64,000 bases of DNA. Source: Thermodesulfovibrionia bacterium. Its GTDB lineage: Bacteria > Nitrospirota > Thermodesulfovibrionia > UBA6902. Location of the stretch: assembly GCA_963699585.1 (NCBI GenBank), contig CAVOUK010000003.1:139251-203250 (forward strand), given 5' to 3'. The notes under the pieces are model-generated. The model was not told the DNA's origin. It did not search any database and was given only the letters and a program-made list of their open reading frames with translations. Shown one piece after another: positions 57,591-64,000 of this stretch. Position 1 is the first letter of the stretch; every line of letters starts with the position of its first letter. The position numbers and the translations under genes were made by a program.

Positions 57591-58496
57591 TTAATTTATT
57601 CCCTCTATTGATTCGATCATGAATTTCTCACCTGTCAATTTTTCAACAGCCTTTACAAGCTTCTCCATATTTATCTCAACTACGCGACCCGTTTTCACGT
57701 TCTTCGAATAAAATCTCCACTCCCCTGTTTCCGGGTCATGAGGAGAAATTTGAGTTACGTTGCTCGCCCCGTCCTTCACAAAGATTTCTCCGCCGCTGGC
57801 ATATATGCTCGCGTTCTGACTTGCACCGAGAATGATGTCTGCACCTGCCCCGTCGCCATTAAGAACTATTCCGAAGTTCTTTGTTCCACCTAGTGTTTGC
57901 TTATCTATCCAGATACCCGAGAGGCTATCTACAGATAACGCGCCATACGTATTTGCAGCATTTTGTATATTAACATTCTTGAAATTACCGTAATGTAATG
58001 TACCGCTTCCGCTGCTCCTATTGTCAAACAGCGATAATTTAAATCCATAACCATTGGTGACATTATAATTTCGGTTGCCCGGATTCAGCAATGTATTAAA
58101 CCCGCCTGCATTTGTTTCATTTACATTTGTTGTACCGGCGGTGCTGCTTCCAAAACTTACAACAAAGCCTGCACCATTTACGCTGTTAACGTTAGCTGCG
58201 TTTGAGCTGCAAACCGAGAGCAAACTAATACCACCGGCGTCTCCCGTCGCGGTCCCCGTTATCTCACTTTTAAGCAATGAACCAAATACACTATCTCCGC
58301 CCACGACCCCGTTCTGATTCATAGTTGCGGTAACCTTCAACCCTCTCGTATTTGTAGTATTTAAATCAGCTTTATAACTGGTCGGTGGAGCTATTCCCAC
58401 ACCAAGCGCGCCGTTTACCTGAAGATCCCCCGCCGCGTACAGATTTGCTCCGATGAGCAATAATCCCACTACCATAATTAATATTTTCTTTTTCAT
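57591..58496 (-). CDS. secreted Gly/Asn/Thr-rich (beta-helix-like) protein with distinct C-terminal domain
   Basis: 301 aa with a signal peptide (…GANLYAAG), low-complexity G/N/S/T-rich repeats and the C-terminus SPHDPETGEWRFYSKNVKTGRVVEINMEKLVKAVEKLTGEKF. It has a GGAGGG RBS. Confidence 0.6.
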   Translation of the reverse strand: MKKKILIMVVGLLLIGANLYAAGDLQVNGALGVGIAPPTSYKADLNTTNTRGLKVTATMNQNGVVGGDSVFGSLLKSEITGTATGDAGGISLLSVCSSNAANVNSVNGAGFVVSFGSSTAGTTNVNETNAGGFNTLLNPGNRNYNVTNGYGFKLSLFDNRSSGSGTLHYGNFKNVNIQNAANTYGALSVDSLSGIWIDKQTLGGTKNFGIVLNGDGAGADIILGASQNASIYASGGEIFVKDGASNVTQISPHDPETGEWRFYSKNVKTGRVVEINMEKLVKAVEKLTGEKFMIESIEGIN

Positions 58497-58803
58497 TTTG
58501 TTCCCTCCTTTTTTAAATGATTACTTTATTAATCATTGCAGATTTATGAAAGTGCGTTTCCTGAATCACTATACTATTTATAAATCCCCTTTTACCTGAT
58601 ATATCAGTTCATATCCAGGACACAGTTTACTTAATAAGTACCGGTAGAATATTATAGCTAATATCTCTACGTTTTCATATCTTTTTTTATTAAAGCAATA
58701 TTCATGCTATTAAAAAAACATTAATATTGATAAATTTCATCATCCTATTAATAGGACGTAAGAATTGACAATTCCTTGCATTCATTACATATCTTTTATT
58801 ATT

Positions 58804-58992
58804 TCAGTTTATTTCGCTTTCCTCTATCGTCACGCGCCCGTTGCTGATCACCACATTCCCGTTGACCGTCGCAGTCCCGGAAACAGCGGAGAAATCGCAG
58901 TTGTGTCCCCCTTGTATGGTTATTATTTTATTCAGATTTATGGCAGAAAATTGACTACCGGGGAGTTCATTTGTTTGTTCTGATCCTTTCAT
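58804..58992 (-). CDS. hypothetical 62-aa protein (weak bactofilin-like repeat pattern)
   Basis: MKGSEQTNELPGSQFSAINLNKIITIQGGHNCDFSAVSGTATVNGNVVISNGRVTIEESEIN. It overlaps the sulfatase 3' end by 26 nt, and coding status is uncertain. Confidence 0.25.
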   Translation of the reverse strand: MKGSEQTNELPGSQFSAINLNKIITIQGGHNCDFSAVSGTATVNGNVVISNGRVTIEESEIN

Positions 58993-60403
58993 TTGCCATT
59001 TCGAGATTACTCTTGATGAGACTAAGAAGACGCTGCCCGACTTCCGGCTCCCTGTCAATGAGATTATCCATCTCCTGAGGGTCCTGCTTTACATTGAACA
59101 GCAAATATTCATTCTTTTCAAGATAATGTATCAGTTTATAGTCGCCCTCCCATACAGCTATACTTCCGTTGATAATCTGATTACCCCGGCTTCTGTTTTC
59201 TTCAAAATTCATGGAAAATGCAGGCCGCTGAGGAAGTTTTTCTCCGCGCATGAGCGGTAACAAGTGAACGGCCTTCCATCCAGGAAGGCACCGGAATATT
59301 TGCTAAATCTAAAATAGTTGCAGGTATATCAATCTGCTCCACGAGGGTATCCACGGTTTGCCCTTTCATCTGACCAGGTTCTTTAATAATAAGGGGCACA
59401 TGAGTGACCTGTTCATAAAGGAACGGGCCTCCGTGTGTGAAATAACCATGTTCAAAACTTTCTCCATGGTCAGCAGACAATATAATGACAGTATTTTCTA
59501 TTTTTCTTTTTTCATATTCTTTAATAAAATCTTCGAATTTCTTATCAATATATGTAATAAATTCATCATAATAATCTCTCATCAGATTTACTGCCGGCTG
59601 CATTTCTTCCGGGAAGCTTGTTAGATTGAAACAGATATTTATATGACTCCTCTATCAATTCCTCCTGGCTTTTATATGTTCTTAATTCTGAGGTAGAATT
59701 CCTCCCCCTGAAAGGCTCAGGAGGCAGATAGGGATTGTGAGGTGGAAAGATATGTATCCATGCAAAAAAGGGTTTCGGAAGATTATTGTCAATAAGTTCC
59801 AGAAACCGGTTAAATGCCTTCTCAGGCGGGACATTTGTTTGAGAACTGTCCCGTGAAATCAAATCAATGACTCTGCCAAGAATAAAATCATTTTTTATGA
59901 TCCAGTTATACAATCTGATCTTATCACCAAAGGCCCGGTAAAACATCACATCAATAATCCCGAATTTCCACCCGAACAGAGAATCTGAAGTGCTGAACTC
60001 TGCTGCATAGGGAGCAATGTCAAAGCTGTCAGACATGCCTAAAACCTTAACTGACGCAGCAGGGTTTACGACCAGAGCAATATTGTAGTAGTTATTCTTT
60101 TTTAGCAAATAGGGAAGGCTTTCAACAGAGTTCCTATCCAGTTTTGTACCTTCAATATGGAAAATCTGATGAGTCCATACCCTTTTGCCGGTCATAAGAC
60201 TCGCTGCTGCCGATGTGGTGAAATTACTCGATGATTCAGCCGATATTAAACACCGTCGCATTTTTTGCCCATTTACTTATGAACGGTGTTGTTTCCTTAT
60301 GATAACCATATACCGACATATTGCTTGCAGCAAGTGCATCAAAGGTTACCAGAATGATGTTCGGCCGGTTCTTGTCTGCTGAAATATTCGGGTTAAGTTT
60401 CAT
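58967..60403 (-). pseudogene. sulfatase-like hydrolase/transferase (alkaline-phosphatase superfamily), three frameshifts
   Basis: The N-terminus MKLNPNISADKNRPNIILVTFDALAASNMSVYGY starts at ATG 60403. Fragments are 59566..60261, 59202..59603 and 58967..59263. It is a paralogue of the intact gene at 62810..64000. Confidence 0.8.
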
Positions 60404-60426
60404 GTGATACAGTCTTATCTGCGCCT

Positions 60427-60981
60427 TTAAACCATGTATGATATGCTACTAATCGGTACAGCAAGAACAAGACATATGCCAAATATCCACACCAGAGGAA
60501 TAATCCTCTCATTTACAATTCCTGTCCATCGTTTTGCCCTGTCACGGAACAGCCAGGCCGTGAATAGCGATATACGTGATACAAGAAAAAATACTGCAAG
60601 TTTTATCTGGACTGTTGTTTGTAGATAGGGCCATATCAGTTTTTTGATTTTCCAGACCACTGCTCCGGACAGTATAAATATGCCGCTGCATAACAATAAA
60701 TGCTCAATACCGATTTTTAATCCCTGATCCGATTGCATAACTTTCAAGTATCCTGAACAGTATCCATGAGCATGAACGCGGCAACTACCGATAACAATGC
60801 TCCAGAGAATTAACGCAAGGGCGACGAACGGCAGGAATTCTGAAAACGGTGCATAATAGCTGAATCCATCCCAGCGGTAAAATGCGTCCCCCATGAGATA
60901 AAGGGAGAAGAGCACGAAAATTAAACAAATAAATTGTCCTAATTTAAAGTGTTTAGCTTTAGTCTGATTTGCAGGTCCCAT
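60427..60981 (-). CDS. polytopic membrane protein, unknown function
   Basis: 184 aa with about five TM segments. It ends 24 nt before the sulfatase start and could be that enzyme's membrane anchor. Confidence 0.5.
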   Translation of the reverse strand: MGPANQTKAKHFKLGQFICLIFVLFSLYLMGDAFYRWDGFSYYAPFSEFLPFVALALILWSIVIGSCRVHAHGYCSGYLKVMQSDQGLKIGIEHLLLCSGIFILSGAVVWKIKKLIWPYLQTTVQIKLAVFFLVSRISLFTAWLFRDRAKRWTGIVNERIIPLVWIFGICLVLAVPISSISYMV

Positions 60982-61345
60982 TATCTGGTTATCCCAAAGT
61001 ACATATCTGACTGCCGATGGCCCTTTCGGTTATTATTTTATTCACTGGCAGTCGTGTTAGAAACAATACAATCGAGCATACTGTTTTTATCAACCGTATG
61101 ACTATAATTAATAACTTACTACGTTATAATAACAATTTCTCGGAACATTGTCCTCACATTCGGGACTCATGCCTTTTCTGTTTTTATTTTGTTTCTTGTT
61201 GTTAATCTAATTTGAAATAACGATCTTAATATAAAATACCTGTAATGTAGTTATCTATCAGGAATACTTCAGATTTTCATTTTCATAAAAAAAGACATAC
61301 AGGTATAATATTATTATATGCCGGTAGCATTTAAGCACTATAATA

Positions 61346-62752
61346 ATGAATAGAAAAACAATATTTGCGAATATCATTCTGGGCAGCGCAGTGATACTTT
61401 TCTTACTGGCCTTTGTTTTGGTCCTGCATAAAAGCAGTACATCCCCGTCGGGAAGTATGATCAAGTATTATATCGGTTTGTTTGTCGGAGTTGTGTTGTT
61501 TGCCTGTGTTTTGAGATGCAGCACTGATGTCAAGGCTAATATTGCGTTGCTCTTGCTTTCTATCGTGGTAATTATATATGCGGTTGAATTATATTTATCA
61601 TTCAAGCTATTAATATATCTTAAAAATAATCCCGATGAAAATCCGCAAAGTCGGATCAAATTTGCCGATGCTCATGGAATCGCTTTTGATCGACGGAGTC
61701 TCTTTCAGGTTGTAATGGATCTAAGAGCAAGCGGTATCGTCGCTTACCCTGCTGCCAATCCTCATAATTACATTTACCCCGATGGACTGAACAGTCAAAA
61801 AGCAAAAGTCTACCCTCTCGGTTCTATGTCCGACAAGACCATAGTATATTGTAATGAGGACGGAGAATACTTAATAAACAAGAGTGATGAGCATGGTTTT
61901 GATAACCCTGAAGGGCTTTATTGCAAGGGCTGCACAGATATTGTCTTGATCGGTGACTCCTTCGCACACGGCCACTGTGTGAAATCTGAGGAGAATATAG
62001 CCGGATGGCTCAGAAAATCCGGCAAAAAAGTGTTGAACCTTGGCAGAGGAGCCAATGGCCCGCTTATTGAGCTTGCAACTATGCAGGAATACGCAAAACC
62101 ACTACGTCCAAAATTCGTATTTTGGTTTTACTATGAAGGAAACGACCAGGTTGATCTGAAAGAGGAAAAAAAATCGTCATTGCTTATGAAATATATGGAT
62201 GGAAATTATTCTCAGGACCTTATTGATAAACAGGAATTAATAGATAGCTTAATCATTGAACATGTAGAAAATAAAATTAGTTCCAGGAAAAGAGACGATA
62301 AATCAAATGACAAAATCAGCAAACCGGATTCTAATTTTTCTTTTCTTCAGATTGCAAAACTATCTCAATTGCGTGAACGATTCAGGGAAATAGAAGAATG
62401 TTTTGCACCGACAGATCCTCTCTTTGAGGATATCCTTGCGGAAGCCAAAGGAAGGGTTAATGCCTGGGGCGGCCGGCTTTACTTCGTCTATCTGCCATCA
62501 ATAGACAGATATTTAAATGAATCCAACAGATGCACTAAATACGGTTACTCTATGCATAGAGAAAAAATATTATCAATCGCAAAAGACCAGGGCTTACCCG
62601 TTATAGACATTCAAGAGTTATTAAGTTCTCACCCTGATGTATATTCATTATTTCCTTTTGGACTTAAATTCAGGGGACACTTTAATACAGAAGGTTACAG
62701 ATTAGTGGCACAACGGTTAATAACACGGCTTCAAATTGACGAAAGACATTAA
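61346..62752 (+). CDS. membrane-anchored SGNH/GDSL-like hydrolase-fold protein
   Basis: 468 aa with N-terminal TM helices, then IVLIGDSFAHGHCV (GDS block), LGRGANGP and a late GHFNTEGY. Confidence 0.55.
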   Translation: MNRKTIFANIILGSAVILFLLAFVLVLHKSSTSPSGSMIKYYIGLFVGVVLFACVLRCSTDVKANIALLLLSIVVIIYAVELYLSFKLLIYLKNNPDENPQSRIKFADAHGIAFDRRSLFQVVMDLRASGIVAYPAANPHNYIYPDGLNSQKAKVYPLGSMSDKTIVYCNEDGEYLINKSDEHGFDNPEGLYCKGCTDIVLIGDSFAHGHCVKSEENIAGWLRKSGKKVLNLGRGANGPLIELATMQEYAKPLRPKFVFWFYYEGNDQVDLKEEKKSSLLMKYMDGNYSQDLIDKQELIDSLIIEHVENKISSRKRDDKSNDKISKPDSNFSFLQIAKLSQLRERFREIEECFAPTDPLFEDILAEAKGRVNAWGGRLYFVYLPSIDRYLNESNRCTKYGYSMHREKILSIAKDQGLPVIDIQELLSSHPDVYSLFPFGLKFRGHFNTEGYRLVAQRLITRLQIDERH

Positions 62753-62809
62753 TTATATCCCGGATCATGCTTTCGTTACGATTTTATTTGTCTTCACTAT
62801 TCCAGGTCT

Positions 62810-64000
62810 TCAGTTTCTCATAACGATTCTATCGTTGGCCTTTTGCAAGTTCTCATGAATTAAATCGAGAAGACGACTGCCGATTTCCGGCTCAACGTCA
62901 ATGAGGTTGTTGAGTTCACCCGGATCATTCTTCAGGTTGAAAAGCATGGATTCTTTTGTTGTTAAATTTTCTATCATTTTATACTCGCCGTCCCAGACAG
63001 CGATAGACCCTTTGGTAATTTGCTGATCACGTCGGCTGGAATTTCCTTCCAGGTTCATCGAAAACGCGGGCTTCGGCCCGAGTATCTCTCCGCGCATGAG
63101 CGGGACCAGTGAACGTCCCTCCATCCAGGAAGGGACCGATACGCCGGCCAGATTCAATATCGTGGCTGGAATATCAACCTGCTCAACAAGATCAAAGACA
63201 GTCCGTCCTTCCGCCTGGTCCGGTTCCTTGATAATCAGCGGAATATGCGTCTCAGGTTCATACAACGTATCGCCGTGAAGAATACTATTGTGGTCAAATA
63301 TTTCTCCGTGGTCCGTGGACAAAATAATCACGGTATTCTTCAACCTCCCCTCCTTTTCCAACTGTTCGATGAAACCTTTAAATTGGTCGTCACAATATCT
63401 AACAAACTCGTCGTAACGGGCCCTCAGGGTCTCTATTTCAGAAGGAAACTGCTTATGCATGGACAGATATTCAAGGAGTTCGTTTCTTTCTTTCAATTGA
63501 GTTTTTATTGTTCTCATTTTCTCCGATTTATCAAACAGTCCTTTATACGGCCCGGGGGGGAGATAAGGGGCATGAGGCGGTCCGAGATGTATCCATGCGA
63601 AAAAAGGCTTGTTGCTGTGATCAATTGCGGCTATTAACTTATTAAAGGCCTTGTCGGGCGGGAAATCCGTCTCATCATAATCCATGGCCAGTCTGTCAAT
63701 AAGCTTCTCGGTAATGAATCCATCCTGAAAAAACCAGTTTTCGATTTTGAATTTTTTAAAAAATACCGGAGCGATTGTTTTCTGGATTACACGGGCGAGG
63801 TCTCTGGACTCCATAAATTCAGTGGAAAAAGGCGCCACGTCGAAACTCCCGGCGACCCCAAGGTTGTCAACAGTGGCAATGATGTTTACCATGAAAGCTA
63901 TATTATAATAGCCGTTCTTCCTGAGCACGGCCGGCAGACTTTCAGTATCTGTCTTGATCGGAGGGGAGCCCCGCATCCTGCTGAATTTAAGATGTGTCCA
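62810..64000 (-). CDS. sulfatase-like hydrolase/transferase, intact paralogue; 5' end outside the window
   Basis: The frame is open to nt 64000 (WTHLKFSR precedes the first Met). It has FFAWIHLGPPHAPY, ILSTDHGE and HIPLIIKEP, and is collinear with the broken copy at 58967..60403. Confidence 0.85.
   Translation of the reverse strand, partial: WTHLKFSRMRGSPPIKTDTESLPAVLRKNGYYNIAFMVNIIATVDNLGVAGSFDVAPFSTEFMESRDLARVIQKTIAPVFFKKFKIENWFFQDGFITEKLIDRLAMDYDETDFPPDKAFNKLIAAIDHSNKPFFAWIHLGPPHAPYLPPGPYKGLFDKSEKMRTIKTQLKERNELLEYLSMHKQFPSEIETLRARYDEFVRYCDDQFKGFIEQLEKEGRLKNTVIILSTDHGEIFDHNSILHGDTLYEPETHIPLIIKEPDQAEGRTVFDLVEQVDIPATILNLAGVSVPSWMEGRSLVPLMRGEILGPKPAFSMNLEGNSSRRDQQITKGSIAVWDGEYKMIENLTTKESMLFNLKNDPGELNNLIDVEPEIGSRLLDLIHENLQKANDRIVMRN

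Noticed and set aside
58694-58709. Sigma54-like element on the minus strand (TAGCAT-N5-TTGCT) upstream of the secreted repeat protein
   Set aside because: The near-invariant -24 GG is AG here, and the element lies about 200 nt from the start codon.

Overview
AT-rich bacterial chromosomal window, probably from an uncultivated anaerobe; I cannot place it taxonomically from sequence alone. I saw no rRNA, CRISPR array, transposase or prophage genes. 1-14.6 kb is intact housekeeping: the 3' end of a hybrid histidine kinase, parB-parA, an MtrA-like/DUF4346 protein, tRNA(CAU), a COG1579 zinc-ribbon protein plus RNase HI, dedA, a ywbE-like gene, a PNPOx-like gene, ppdK with a Lys/Ala-rich tail, glyS-glyQ, and a small redox cluster (NifU-like, mini haem-copper-oxidase-like membrane protein, DUF1858). 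14.7-41 kb holds a PilZ-sigma54 activator and an AMIN-amidase (both frameshifted), D-aminoacylase, AI-2E permease, HDOD, MFS, a DUF116 cassette, scpB, and an octahaem CxxCK nitrite-reductase-type cytochrome with an EF-hand protein. It also holds two small membrane paralogues behind a sigma54 promoter, tRNA-Leu(CAG), a broken pentahaem cytochrome, DUF401, xerC-hslVU, and a PAS kinase/sigma54 response-regulator pair. That pair is followed by a textbook -24/-12 promoter in front of a Cys-rich small protein and a PEP-CTERM protein. 41-64 kb is a cell-envelope glycan island: AlkP-family enzymes, two B12-radical-SAM enzymes, an ArnC-like GT2, a GT-C enzyme, gmd-fcl, a methyltransferase/GT2, an O-antigen-ligase/TPR protein, LamG, DUF5989, sulfatase paralogues and an SGNH protein. 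The most striking pattern is the uneven distribution of frame disruptions. There are none in the first 14.6 kb, a few isolated ones in the middle, and at least about 20 in one contiguous 9.3-kb glycan block whose neighbours are intact. Genes that can only be rebuilt by joining ORFs in different frames are listed as pseudogenes; assembly error is an open alternative. The main regulatory signals are three sigma54-type promoters, an FNR-like palindrome repeated at the same distance from two -10 hexamers, several clean intrinsic terminators, and GC-rich REP-like hairpins in AT-rich spacers.
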